From: Chloroflexota bacterium
GTDB taxonomy: Bacteria > Chloroflexota > Dehalococcoidia > SM23-28-2 > RBG-16-64-32
NCBI GenBank assembly: GCA_036741795.1
Contig: DAINRO010000003.1
Span: 1 to 62,314, forward strand
Direction: 5' to 3'
Length of the DNA stretch: 62,314 bases
Shown here: piece by piece, positions 39,309 to 48,583 of the stretch
How positions within the stretch are numbered: the stretch's first letter is position 1
Layout of the letters: every line of letters starts with the position of its first letter
Position numbers and translations under genes: made by a program
Notes under the pieces: model-generated
The model's database searches: none
Seen by the model: only the letters and a program-made list of their open reading frames with translations
Told to the model about the DNA's origin: nothing

Positions 39309-41152
39309 CCACCTATGCCGAACTCCGCGCGTCGGCCGGCGAAAGCTGGAGGGTGATCGCCGATCCACAGCGTCCGTTGATCAAAGTCGGGATCGCTACA
39401 TGCTCCTCAGTGGTAGGGGCGAACGAGACCCTCGCCGCCTTGAACGGAGCGGCGGCAGACGGAAATTTCGATGTGATGACTGTCGGGTGCATTGGCGCCT
39501 GCTATGCAGAGCCGACGGTAGAAGTGCATGTTCGCGGCCAGTCGCCCGTCCTTTACGGCAACGTCACTGTGGACCGCGTTTCGCCACTAATCGATGCTGT
39601 CCAGCAGGGCACCGTGACCGACTTCGCAATCGCCGTAGTCGGCAGCGAGGGACGTGGCGACGTCCCGCCGCTGGCGAGGCTGCCGTTTTTCGCTAAACAA
39701 ACTCGCCGCCTCATGGCCCAGTGCGGTGAGACGGACCCCGAGAACATCGACCACTACATCGCCAATGGCGGCTACGAAGGGCTCGATAAAGCCCTCCGCA
39801 TGGACAAGGAAGCGATCATCAAGGAGCTTCTGGACTCCGGTCTATGGGGGCGCGGCGGGGCAGCCTTCCCAACAGGCCGCAAGTGGGACTTCCTGCGCAC
39901 ATCCGACCGCCATCCGAAGTACATTGTCTGCAACGCCGACGAAGGAGACCCGGGAGCCTTCGTCAACCGGAACCTGATGGAGAGCGACCCAGGGCTCATC
40001 GTTGAAGGATGCATTATCGCCGGCTTCGCGAGCGACGCCGACCGAGCCTACATCTACATCCGGGACGAGTATCCGATCCCGGTCGACCGTGTCCAGAAGG
40101 CCGTGGAACAGGCCTACGAGAGGGGGTTGGCCGGGAGGGACATTCTGGGAAGCGGCTTCGACTTTGAAGTCGAGGTAGTGCGCGGCGCGGGGAGCTACGT
40201 CTGCGGTGACGAGACAGGCCTCCTCAGCTCACTGGAGGACCGCCGCGGGATGCCCAAGATCAAGCCTCCCTTCCCGGCTCAGGCCGGCGCCTTCGCTCAG
40301 CCATCCAACATCAACAACGTCGAATCCTATGCCAACGCCCCGATGATCTTGCGAAACGGAGCCGCCTGGTGGGCCTCGGTTGGCACTGAGCGCAACCGCG
40401 GCACCAAGATGTTCTCCCTGTCCGGCAAAATCGAGCGGGTGGGCATCGTTGAGGTGCCCCTTGGCACACCAACGCGGGAAGTAATCGAAATCCTCGGCGG
40501 CGGCATCCCCGATGGCAAGCAGCTCAAGGCCATCCAATCCGGCGGTCCGCTTTCTGGGGTAATCCCCGCCAGCGAAGTGGATATCCCTCTTGAGCCGGAG
40601 TACTACCGCGAACGCGGCACGCTGATGGGCGGGGGTGGCCTCGTCGTCATGGACGAAGACGACTGCGTCGTTGACCTCTGCATTTACTTCGAATGGTTCG
40701 CCGAGGACGAGTCGTGTGGACGCTGCACAACGTGCTTCGCCGGGACGAGGCGCGCCGTGGAGATCCTGAAGCGGATCGCCAGCGGCCGCGGCCGCGAAGC
40801 TGACCTCGAACTGTTGAAGCTCCTCGGAACCGTCGCCCAGAACGCTAACTGCTTTCACGGCCAGGGCGCCCCCACCGTTGTCAATTCGATGTTCCGCTGG
40901 TTCGAGGATGAGCTCCTCGAGCACGTTCAACGCAAGCGCTGTCCGGCTCGGAGATGCGCCGGCCTCATCCGCTACGAAGTCGTTCACCAGACCGACACGC
41001 TGCAGGCTGCGGAAGCCATTTGTCCCACAACAGCCATTGTCAAAGACGACGCTGGACAATATCGGATCGATCAACAGAAATGTGTTAAATGCGATGCCTG
41101 CCGCGAGGTGTCCCCCTACGCCATAACGATTGTTGACGAGTACGCCAGCTAA
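39305..41152 (+). CDS. nuoF: NuoF/HoxF/HydB-like NAD(H)-binding FMN and Fe-S flavoprotein subunit
   Basis: 615 aa. N-terminal thioredoxin-like [2Fe-2S] module (CSS...GCIGAC), FMN/NADH site GRGGAAFPTGRKW, 4Fe-4S ESCGRCTTC and a C-terminal ferredoxin-like CPTTAI...CVKCDAC. The GTG start overlaps the nuoE stop (GTGA). Confidence 0.8.
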   Translation: MTTYAELRASAGESWRVIADPQRPLIKVGIATCSSVVGANETLAALNGAAADGNFDVMTVGCIGACYAEPTVEVHVRGQSPVLYGNVTVDRVSPLIDAVQQGTVTDFAIAVVGSEGRGDVPPLARLPFFAKQTRRLMAQCGETDPENIDHYIANGGYEGLDKALRMDKEAIIKELLDSGLWGRGGAAFPTGRKWDFLRTSDRHPKYIVCNADEGDPGAFVNRNLMESDPGLIVEGCIIAGFASDADRAYIYIRDEYPIPVDRVQKAVEQAYERGLAGRDILGSGFDFEVEVVRGAGSYVCGDETGLLSSLEDRRGMPKIKPPFPAQAGAFAQPSNINNVESYANAPMILRNGAAWWASVGTERNRGTKMFSLSGKIERVGIVEVPLGTPTREVIEILGGGIPDGKQLKAIQSGGPLSGVIPASEVDIPLEPEYYRERGTLMGGGGLVVMDEDDCVVDLCIYFEWFAEDESCGRCTTCFAGTRRAVEILKRIASGRGREADLELLKLLGTVAQNANCFHGQGAPTVVNSMFRWFEDELLEHVQRKRCPARRCAGLIRYEVVHQTDTLQAAEAICPTTAIVKDDAGQYRIDQQKCVKCDACREVSPYAITIVDEYAS

Positions 41153-41166
41153 CCTCGGCGCCCTTC

Positions 41167-41196
41167 TTGACAATTGCCCTCCGACAATTCAATAAT
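41167..41196 (+). promoter_or_regulatory. putative promoter of the PAS-LuxR gene (-35 TTGACA, 18-nt spacer, -10 AATAAT) with a GACAATT direct repeat
   Basis: TTGACA at 41167-41172 and AATAAT at 41191-41196. GACAATT occurs at 41169-41175 and again at 41183-41189. Confidence 0.4.
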
Positions 41197-41240
41197 CCGC
41201 GCACGCACGCCCCGATCAGGCTCGCGGCATAACGAGTCCA

Positions 41241-42350
41241 GTGCGTGCAGGGGGAGGGTTCTTGACTTCACGCGTGAACAGCCACGCGCTGTCCGCCGGT
41301 GCGCCGGACTTGTCCACACAGGCACCACGCACAGGCGACGTACGCACCCGGGAAGAGCAGTTCCGTGTTCTCATGGAAATGATTCCAACCGGGGCCTTCG
41401 TGTGGAACGCCGGTGAGACTATTTACGTCAACGCCGCAGCGGAGCGGCTGACCGGCTACTCGCACGAAGAACTTCTCACGCTGAGTCCCTGGGATCTCGT
41501 CCACCCTGATTCCGCTCCCTATCTTTTGGAACAGCAGGACCGATCGCTCCGCGGCGAATCCATCCCTCGGGAGTACGAGTTGAAGATCGTCCGCAAAGAC
41601 GGTTCTGTTCGCTGGATGCTTATGACATTGGACCGCATGCTCCTCACCGAGCGTGACGATCTCTGGATCGGCACATCGTCCGACATCACGGACAGAAAAT
41701 TGGCCGAGGAAGCTGTGCGAAGGAGCGAAAGCCGTTACCGCATCCTCTATGAGGACAACCCGGCGATGTATTTCACCGTGGCCACGGATGGCACCGTCCT
41801 CGAGGTGAACGACTTCGGAGCCTCGCAGTTGGGCTACGCGCGCCACCATCTCATCGGTCGGTCCGTCCTCGACGTCTTCCATCCCGAAGACAGGCCCAGT
41901 CTCAAGAGGCAGATGCGGGCCCTGCTCACGAACCCCGGAGAAACTGCGATCTGGCAATTCCGCAAGATCAAGCGCGACGGCACGGTTATCTGGGTCGAGG
42001 AACTGGCGCGTACCACGCAGGACGCCGAGGGAAACACCGTCGTCCTCGTCGTATGTGAGGACGTCAGCGAGCGCCGGAGACTGGAAGAGGAACTGGTGGC
42101 CTTGCGTGAGGACCTGGATCGCAAGGCCGAGAAGGCAACGGAACGGGGCAGTCCCTACAACCTGAGCTTTCGAGAACTCACTGTTCTTCACCTCATCGTT
42201 GATGGGAAGTCGGACAAGGAGATCGGTTCCATCCTGGGGATAACCCGTCTCACCGCCAGCAAGCACGTCGCCCGGATCCTGAGGAAGCTCAAGGCCGGAT
42301 CTCGCACCCTCGCCGGCGTCAAAGCAGTACGCGAGGGCCTCGTCGAATAG
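41241..42350 (+). CDS. PAS-domain sensor fused to a LuxR-type HTH transcriptional regulator
   Basis: 369 aa. Two PAS-like repeats (each ends with ...DITDRK / ...EDVSERRRLEE) and a C-terminal LuxR HTH (LSFRELTVLHLIVDGKSDKEIGSILGITRLTASKHVARILRKL). Exact start uncertain. Confidence 0.8.
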   Translation: MRAGGGFLTSRVNSHALSAGAPDLSTQAPRTGDVRTREEQFRVLMEMIPTGAFVWNAGETIYVNAAAERLTGYSHEELLTLSPWDLVHPDSAPYLLEQQDRSLRGESIPREYELKIVRKDGSVRWMLMTLDRMLLTERDDLWIGTSSDITDRKLAEEAVRRSESRYRILYEDNPAMYFTVATDGTVLEVNDFGASQLGYARHHLIGRSVLDVFHPEDRPSLKRQMRALLTNPGETAIWQFRKIKRDGTVIWVEELARTTQDAEGNTVVLVVCEDVSERRRLEEELVALREDLDRKAEKATERGSPYNLSFRELTVLHLIVDGKSDKEIGSILGITRLTASKHVARILRKLKAGSRTLAGVKAVREGLVE

Positions 42351-42381
42351 CCTTTACCTAACAATCGGTACGTCATTCCCA

Positions 42382-42600
42382 TTGACACCTCGCGCGACTG
42401 GAATCAGCATCGGAAGTGGCGACGAGATTCAAGCTTGCCGCACCCTCCCTGGCCACTGGGGCGAGAGCCCCCCGCACCGCCCCGGTGGCCCGCTGCGAAA
42501 GGGATCTACCAAGCAGGCGGCGTCCGCCACCGGGGAAGGCGCGACTGCGGCCCTCATGGTGCGCGACTACCTCCGGAAACTTTCGGCAAAGGCCGCCTGA
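42382..42600 (+). pseudogene. 3'-terminal relic of a thioredoxin-reductase-like (TrxB family) flavoprotein gene
   Basis: The frame encodes ...TLPGHWGE...KQAASATGEGATAALMVRDYLRKL*. This resembles the conserved TrxB C-terminus (T-x-PG-x-FAAGD ... YRQ-x3-A-x-G-x-G-x2-AA ... YL). No upstream FAD/NADPH domains are present, and the GD motif region is degenerate. Confidence 0.45.
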
Positions 42601-42707
42601 GTCCTTGTCCACAATCGAGTGACATAAGCTCGCGAGTCTACCGTCGCGCCGACCCTATACTGGCAGCGGGCGTTCCGCAGTATGTGGGAACGCCCGCTGT
42701 ATCGCCT

Positions 42708-45287
42708 GTGAGCACGCCATTACGCCGCCAGTACCTCGACATCAAGCGCCGCTATCCGCACGCTATCCTCTTCTTCCGCCTGGGCGATTTTTACGAGACG
42801 TTTGACGAGGACGCCGAAGTTGTGGCGCGAGAGCTTGAGATCACTCTTACATCTCGCCCTGTAAGCAAGGACCAGCGGGTGCCCCTGGCCGGGATCCCGC
42901 ACCATTCCCTTGACACCCACCTGGCTAAACTTATCGCTAAAGGCTACAAGGTCGCGATCTGCGAACAGACCGAAGCCCCGCAGAAAGGGAAACAGATCGT
43001 GGACCGCAAGGTCGTCCGCGTCGTCACCCCGGGGACCCTTGTCGAGGACAACCTCCTGGACGCCACCCGTAACAACTACCTCGCCGCGCTAGTCGGCGAC
43101 GAGGGTGGGTCGGCAGGGCTGGCCTGGGTCGACGTTTCCACGGCGGAGTTCTCGTGTCTACAGGGCACCATGGCGGAAACCCACGCCGAGCTTGAACGCC
43201 TACGGCCGGCCGAGCTGGTCGTCTCGCCCGGCTCAGCGCCACCGGCAGACCTCAGCGCCACACTGACGCCGCTCGCCCCCGAGGCCGCGAGGCCGGACCA
43301 AGCCATCTCGGACCTCCTTGAGAGCTTCGGCGCCGCTTCGCTGGATGGCGTGGGGCTCACAGGTTGCCGGCTCGCGGCGGCCGCTGCAGGAATGGTCATC
43401 GGTTACCTTCGTGTGAATCAGCCTGCGGTTCTCGGCCAGGTGAGCCGCGTCCTGCTCGTTTGCCCAGGCCGGCATATGCTCCTCGATGCCAACACGCGCC
43501 GTAACCTGGAGATGTTCGAACCGCTGCGAGACCGCAAGGACGGGGCGCCGCGAGATACCACTCTTCTCCAACTCCTCGACCGGACGCGAACGCCGATGGG
43601 CGCCCGTCTCCTCCGGCAGTGGCTTGCCCAGCCGCTACTCGACCCGGAAACGATTGCCGGAAGGCAGGACTGGGTGCAGACATTTTTTGACTCCGCAGTC
43701 CGACGCGGCCAGGCAGAGAAAACGCTGGCGCGCATTCCAGATGTCGAGCGGTCGCTTTCGCGGATCTCGGCCGCCGCCGCTGGGGCACCATCTCTGACTG
43801 CGCCGCGGGACCTCAACGCTATTCGGCGCGGCCTCGAAGCCGTGCCCGAATTGCGCCAGATCGTACTCGACGCTCCCGGCGACGCTAGCGCAACGCTTAT
43901 TTCCGGCGTGAAGGATTGTGCGGGGACGGCGGCGCTTGTTGCCTCCGCCGTCAACGACGATACGGACTCCGGCTTACTCCGCTCCGGGTTCTCGGACGAA
44001 TTGGATAGTTTGACGAGTTCAGCGAAGAACGCCCGCCAGTACCTCGCGGACCTCGAGCGGCGAGAGCGGGAGCGCACAGGCATCAAGACGCTCAAGGTGG
44101 GCTACAACCGCGTCTTTGGGTACTACATCGAGATCTCGAAGGCGAACACAGGTTCGGTGCCGGAGGATTATCTCCGCAAGCAGACCCTGGTCGGCGGCGA
44201 GCGATACACGACGCCGGAACTCCAGGAACACGAGTACAAGGTCCTGCACGCCAATGAACTCCGCGACGACCTGGAGAAGCGGCTGCTCCACCAGGTCTGC
44301 ACGCAAGTCGCGGCCGCCGGAAAGGACATCCTTGAGACCGCTGCGGCCATCGCGCGCATCGACGTTGTCCGCGCCCTTGCGGAAGTGGCCGCGGACAACG
44401 GCTACGTGCGGCCCGTTGTAGACGACACCACGGATATCGTGATCGAGGGTGGGAGGCACCCCGTCGTGGAGCGAATGCCAGGGGCGAAGTCGTACGTCCC
44501 GAACGACGCCAACCTATCTGGCACCGACGCCCAGATCATCCTCCTCACCGGGCCAAATATGGCGGGGAAGTCCACTTACCTCCGGCAGGTCGCATTGACC
44601 GTGATCATGGCCCAGATCGGCTCGTTCGTACCAGCGCGGGAGGCCCGAATCGGCATCGTCGACCGTATTTTCTCCCGGGTCGGCGCTCTGGACGACATCG
44701 CCGCCGGCCAGTCCACGTTCATGGTCGAGATGCAAGAAACCGCCGCAATGCTGCACGGGTCAACGAACCGCTCTCTGCTGATCTTCGACGAAATCGGCAG
44801 GGGCACCAGCACTTACGACGGCATGGCTATCGCCCGCTCTGTCGCCGAATACATCCACAATCGGCGCGATGCCCCTTCCCGCACCCTCTTCGCCACCCAC
44901 TACCACGAACTCACCGAAATGGCTGCCGCCTTCCCGCGCATCCGGAACTTCAACGTTGCCGTCGCGGAGGAGAACGGCGACGTCGTCTTCTTGCACCGGA
45001 TCATCCCCGGCGGTGCCGACCGCTCCTACGGGATTCACGTCGCCCAGCTCGCTGGCCTTCCCCGGCCCGTTGTCGCCCGCGCACGCGAGATCCTGCAGGC
45101 GCTGGAAACGACGCGGCCTGAGCCTGCCCCGGAGGCACCCCTTCCCCAGGCGCAGCTCGGCATGTTTGCCCAGCGTGAAGACCCTCTGCGGCGCGACATC
45201 TCGGAATTGGACCCTGACTCGATGACCCCCCTCGACGCCCTGCGCACCCTGTATGAACTCGCCTGCAGGGCACGCGAGTCCGCGTAG
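42708..45287 (+). CDS. mutS: DNA mismatch repair protein MutS
   Basis: Start reset to GTG 42708, giving (M)STPLRRQYLDIKRRYPHAILFFRLGDFYETF, the canonical MutS N-terminus. Walker A GPNMAGKSTYLRQ and DEIGRGTSTYDG. The ORF-track start at 42435 runs through the trxB-like relic. Confidence 0.9.
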   Translation: MSTPLRRQYLDIKRRYPHAILFFRLGDFYETFDEDAEVVARELEITLTSRPVSKDQRVPLAGIPHHSLDTHLAKLIAKGYKVAICEQTEAPQKGKQIVDRKVVRVVTPGTLVEDNLLDATRNNYLAALVGDEGGSAGLAWVDVSTAEFSCLQGTMAETHAELERLRPAELVVSPGSAPPADLSATLTPLAPEAARPDQAISDLLESFGAASLDGVGLTGCRLAAAAAGMVIGYLRVNQPAVLGQVSRVLLVCPGRHMLLDANTRRNLEMFEPLRDRKDGAPRDTTLLQLLDRTRTPMGARLLRQWLAQPLLDPETIAGRQDWVQTFFDSAVRRGQAEKTLARIPDVERSLSRISAAAAGAPSLTAPRDLNAIRRGLEAVPELRQIVLDAPGDASATLISGVKDCAGTAALVASAVNDDTDSGLLRSGFSDELDSLTSSAKNARQYLADLERRERERTGIKTLKVGYNRVFGYYIEISKANTGSVPEDYLRKQTLVGGERYTTPELQEHEYKVLHANELRDDLEKRLLHQVCTQVAAAGKDILETAAAIARIDVVRALAEVAADNGYVRPVVDDTTDIVIEGGRHPVVERMPGAKSYVPNDANLSGTDAQIILLTGPNMAGKSTYLRQVALTVIMAQIGSFVPAREARIGIVDRIFSRVGALDDIAAGQSTFMVEMQETAAMLHGSTNRSLLIFDEIGRGTSTYDGMAIARSVAEYIHNRRDAPSRTLFATHYHELTEMAAAFPRIRNFNVAVAEENGDVVFLHRIIPGGADRSYGIHVAQLAGLPRPVVARAREILQALETTRPEPAPEAPLPQAQLGMFAQREDPLRRDISELDPDSMTPLDALRTLYELACRARESA

Positions 45288-45937
45288 TGCTGCGCGCCGG
45301 ATTCGCTGCCCTGGCTATTGTTCTCCTGGTGGCCTGCAATGACGACGATACTGAGCCGACACCGGCTGCCACCGGCCAGCCGCCTAACGCCCTCGAAGTC
45401 TCCTCCGGTGACCCGGATCCCCTCTCGCCGGGAGAGTATACCTCTCGCCTGTTTACTCCGACGCCAACGTTCACGGTTGGCGAGGGCTGGGCATCCTCTC
45501 TCGTTGACACCCAAATCATCAGCCTTGCTCGCGACATAACGGCTGATTCAGACTGCCTCTGCATCCTTGTTCCAGATTCTGTTTATGACCCGGCAACCGC
45601 GAGCAACGTTGCACTTCCCAAGGACCTCACGGAATGGTTCGCCTTAAATCCCGGGCTCGTCACCAGCAACCCCTCGTCTCTCCAGGTTGGGAACCGGGCC
45701 GCCAGGCAGATGGAGACGACGGTCGCGGAAGGGGCAGCGCTCGTTGGTGGCCGGTTGCCCCTGGTTTCGGCAGGAGAGAACACGTACTCTCTGGCCCCTG
45801 GCGAAAAGGGCCACATCATCGTCATCGATCACCCGGACGGATCGATCGTCCTCGGCATTCGTGCGCCACTAGACGTGTACGCTGACTTCTTTCGGCAGTC
45901 TGAGCCGGTGGTCGGAAGCTTGATCTTCGCTGACTGA
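45287..45937 (+). CDS. hypothetical lipoprotein
   Basis: 216 aa. Signal peptide with lipobox (AIVLLVAC), then an NDDDTEPTP linker. The GTG start overlaps the mutS TAG by 1 nt. No family recognised. Confidence 0.5.
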   Translation: MLRAGFAALAIVLLVACNDDDTEPTPAATGQPPNALEVSSGDPDPLSPGEYTSRLFTPTPTFTVGEGWASSLVDTQIISLARDITADSDCLCILVPDSVYDPATASNVALPKDLTEWFALNPGLVTSNPSSLQVGNRAARQMETTVAEGAALVGGRLPLVSAGENTYSLAPGEKGHIIVIDHPDGSIVLGIRAPLDVYADFFRQSEPVVGSLIFAD

Positions 45938-46014
45938 CCATCCACAAACCCGTGCCACTTGCATGCCCGTGAGGGGCGCTGCCATCGATACAATCGGCGC
46001 GAGGTAGTCTACCC

Positions 46015-47739
46015 TTGCCGATTCGCGTCCTTCCGCCCGACGTCGCCGCCCGCATTGCCGCCGGCGAAGTCGTCGAGCGTCCAGCCTCGGTGGTCAAGGA
46101 GTTGGTTGAGAACGCCCTCGACGCGGGAGCCTCCTCGATCACGGTGGAGATCATCGGCGGAGGCGCGGAGATGATTCGCGTCACCGATGACGGCTGCGGG
46201 ATCCCCGAAACCGAGTTGGACATCGCCTTCCAGCGCCACGCCACTAGCAAGCTCTCCGACGACGCGGGCTTGACGACGGTCAAGACCCTCGGCTTCCGCG
46301 GGGAAGCACTCCCTTCAATAGCTTCCGTTTCAGACATCGAAATCACTTCCCGGCCTCAGGATTCGGATGCAGCGGGCTATCGTCGCCTGTCCGGCGGTGA
46401 GACGACGGAGAGCGGGAGTCGCGGGGCTCCGCCCGGAACCGCGATCCGGGTCGACAACCTCTTCGCCCGGCTCCCCGCCCGGCGCGCCTTCCTGCGCACG
46501 CCCGGCGCCGAGACCAGCGCGATCAACACTGTCGTCGGACGCTATGCACTCGCCTATCCGGAGACGCGGATGCGCCTTGTTGTCGATGGGCGCCAGTCCT
46601 TCCAGACGCCGGGTAGCGGCGAACTTCGCGACGCCGTCGCCGCCGTCCTCGGGCTCGACCTCGCTGCCGCCATGCTCGAAGTCCATCCGGGGGACGGACC
46701 GATTTCCGTCGGGGGGCTCACCGGTCCGCCCCAGGTGGCCCGCGGCAGCCGCTCGCACATTAGCCTCTTCGCCAACCGACGCTGGATCCAGAACCGCCGC
46801 CTGAGCTTCGCCGTCGAAGACGCCTATCGGGGAATGCTCATGGTGGGGCGGCACCCGGTTTCTGTCCTGAACATCGGACTGGATCCCGCCGAGGTTGACG
46901 TCAATGTCCACCCGACCAAAGCGGAGATCAGGTTCCGCGACGAGAGCGCGGTCTTCTCGGCCGTCCAGAAGGCCGTCCGCGCCGCTGTCGTCGAAAGCGC
47001 GCCGGTGCCTGCCGGAGTCGGCGCGGCCTTCGCCGAACCGGCGATGGTGCTGTCCGCGCCCGCCTGGACGCCGCCTCTCTGGGAGGCGGGCGTCCGACTG
47101 GAAGATACAGAGTCGACGCGCTTTGCCAACGCAGACCCAAGTATGGACACACCTGCCACTCCGACGCATACCCTGCCGATGCTCCGCGTCATCGGGCAGT
47201 TCGGCAACACCTACATCATCGCCGAGGGGCCGGACGGGATGTACATGATCGACCAGCACGCCGCCCACGAACGCGTCCTCTACGAGCAGTTCGCCGCGGC
47301 CCGGCTCGAGTCCGCCCCGCAAGTGCAGGGGTTGCTGGATCCGCTGACTATTGACCTGGGGGCCCAGCAACGCATCGCTATTGCCCGCGAGGCCGATCTG
47401 CTTTCCGGCCACGGCTTCGATATTGCGCCTTTCGGCGACTCTGCCGTGGTAATCCGCGCCCTACCCTTCGCATTGGCTACCGGGGACGTCCGCGAGAACG
47501 TCCTGCGTTTTCTCGACCACCTGCTCGAGGAGGAGCCGGACGACAACCGGGACCGCGTCGCGATGTCCCTTGCCTGCCACGGCGCGATCCGCGCAGGGAA
47601 ACCCCTCGCTCCCGACGAAATGCGGGAATTGATTCGCCAGTTGGAGGCGAGCGAGACGCCGAACACCTGTCCTCACGGTCGGCCGACGATGGTTCACGTG
47701 AGTGCCGATATGCTGGCGAGGGGATTTGGCAGGCGCTAA
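46015..47739 (+). CDS. mutL: DNA mismatch repair protein MutL
   Basis: 574 aa. IRVLPPDVAARIAAGEVVERPASVVKELVENALDAG (GHKL ATPase), GFRGEAL, and a C-terminal dimerisation domain with CPHGRP. Confidence 0.95.
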   Translation: MPIRVLPPDVAARIAAGEVVERPASVVKELVENALDAGASSITVEIIGGGAEMIRVTDDGCGIPETELDIAFQRHATSKLSDDAGLTTVKTLGFRGEALPSIASVSDIEITSRPQDSDAAGYRRLSGGETTESGSRGAPPGTAIRVDNLFARLPARRAFLRTPGAETSAINTVVGRYALAYPETRMRLVVDGRQSFQTPGSGELRDAVAAVLGLDLAAAMLEVHPGDGPISVGGLTGPPQVARGSRSHISLFANRRWIQNRRLSFAVEDAYRGMLMVGRHPVSVLNIGLDPAEVDVNVHPTKAEIRFRDESAVFSAVQKAVRAAVVESAPVPAGVGAAFAEPAMVLSAPAWTPPLWEAGVRLEDTESTRFANADPSMDTPATPTHTLPMLRVIGQFGNTYIIAEGPDGMYMIDQHAAHERVLYEQFAAARLESAPQVQGLLDPLTIDLGAQQRIAIAREADLLSGHGFDIAPFGDSAVVIRALPFALATGDVRENVLRFLDHLLEEEPDDNRDRVAMSLACHGAIRAGKPLAPDEMRELIRQLEASETPNTCPHGRPTMVHVSADMLARGFGRR

Positions 47740-47854
47740 ACGGCACCCGAATCTAATTCTTCAAAATATCTCGAATCCTTGAATCCGCACCGCCGTAACC
47801 TGTCGTATAATGCCCAGACCAAAGACTAGAACGCGTTAAGCAAGGGGGTGCGAA

Positions 47855-48517
47855 ATGCGAATTCGGTACCTGATAGCTCCGGTAGCGCTGGTTGCGGCAG
47901 CGGCGGTAGGGTTCATGGCCTTGAGCGGCGGCCCGATCCAGGCGGCGAACATTTTTGTCGCCCATGTCCACGACGACTATTTCCATCCGACCGGCGGCTT
48001 CGTCGTTGGCCCCAACCACATCACTGCCAAGGCACTCTGCGAAAGCTCAAGCCCTGATCCCTCCTGCACAGCAACGATCAATGAGGGCGACTCCGTCAAC
48101 TGGATCGCGCCCGCACCTCTCGCCGTCAACCCGCATACCGTCACCGAGTGCACCGACGGCACCTGGACCACTTGCGGCCCTGCCGTCTCCGCCGCCAACC
48201 CGATCGGCGACTCCGGCGTCCTCTTCCAGCCGGGCTGGCCCTACCTCGTCCAGTTTGACGACCCCGGTACGTTCTACTACCGCTGCGAAATCCACCCCAC
48301 CGTCATGCGCGGTGCCGTCAACGTCATCCCCGGCGTCGGTGGCACAGTGGAGCTTTTCGGCACAGACGGCGACACGTCACCGGCCTCCGAATCAACCAAC
48401 GACGAATCCACGCTCACATACATCGCTCTCGCCGCCTCCGGCGCGATGATAGTGGTGGCCACAGGCGGGCTGATCCTCCGGCGAAAGCGCGCAACGAGAA
48501 TCATCAGCGACGAGTAA
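47855..48517 (+). CDS. type-1 (blue) copper cupredoxin, signal peptide plus C-terminal membrane anchor
   Basis: 220 aa. Copper ligand pattern H (NPHTV) ... C-x2-H-x3-M (YYRCEIHPTVM). C-terminal hydrophobic helix followed by RRKRATR. Confidence 0.7.
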   Translation: MRIRYLIAPVALVAAAAVGFMALSGGPIQAANIFVAHVHDDYFHPTGGFVVGPNHITAKALCESSSPDPSCTATINEGDSVNWIAPAPLAVNPHTVTECTDGTWTTCGPAVSAANPIGDSGVLFQPGWPYLVQFDDPGTFYYRCEIHPTVMRGAVNVIPGVGGTVELFGTDGDTSPASESTNDESTLTYIALAASGAMIVVATGGLILRRKRATRIISDE

Positions 48518-48536
48518 TCCTCTAAACGGCGAATGC

Positions 48537-48572
48537 AAAAGGGGCGGGCCATGCGGCCCGCCCCTTCTATTT
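48537..48572. terminator. bidirectional rho-independent terminator between convergent genes
   Basis: AAAA + GGGGCGGGCC (48541-48550) + loop ATGC + GGCCCGCCCC (48555-48564) + TTCTATTT. Confidence 0.75.
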
Positions 48573-48583
48573 ACCTTTAGATT

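Noticed and set aside
42435-42707. N-terminal 91 aa of the 950-aa MutS ORF, including a GIYQAGGVRH string that resembles a flavoprotein GD motif
   Set aside because: The canonical MutS N-terminus starts at GTG 42708. The GIYQAGG string uses the same nucleotides as the much better TrxB-like C-terminal match in another frame, so I treat it as coincidence.
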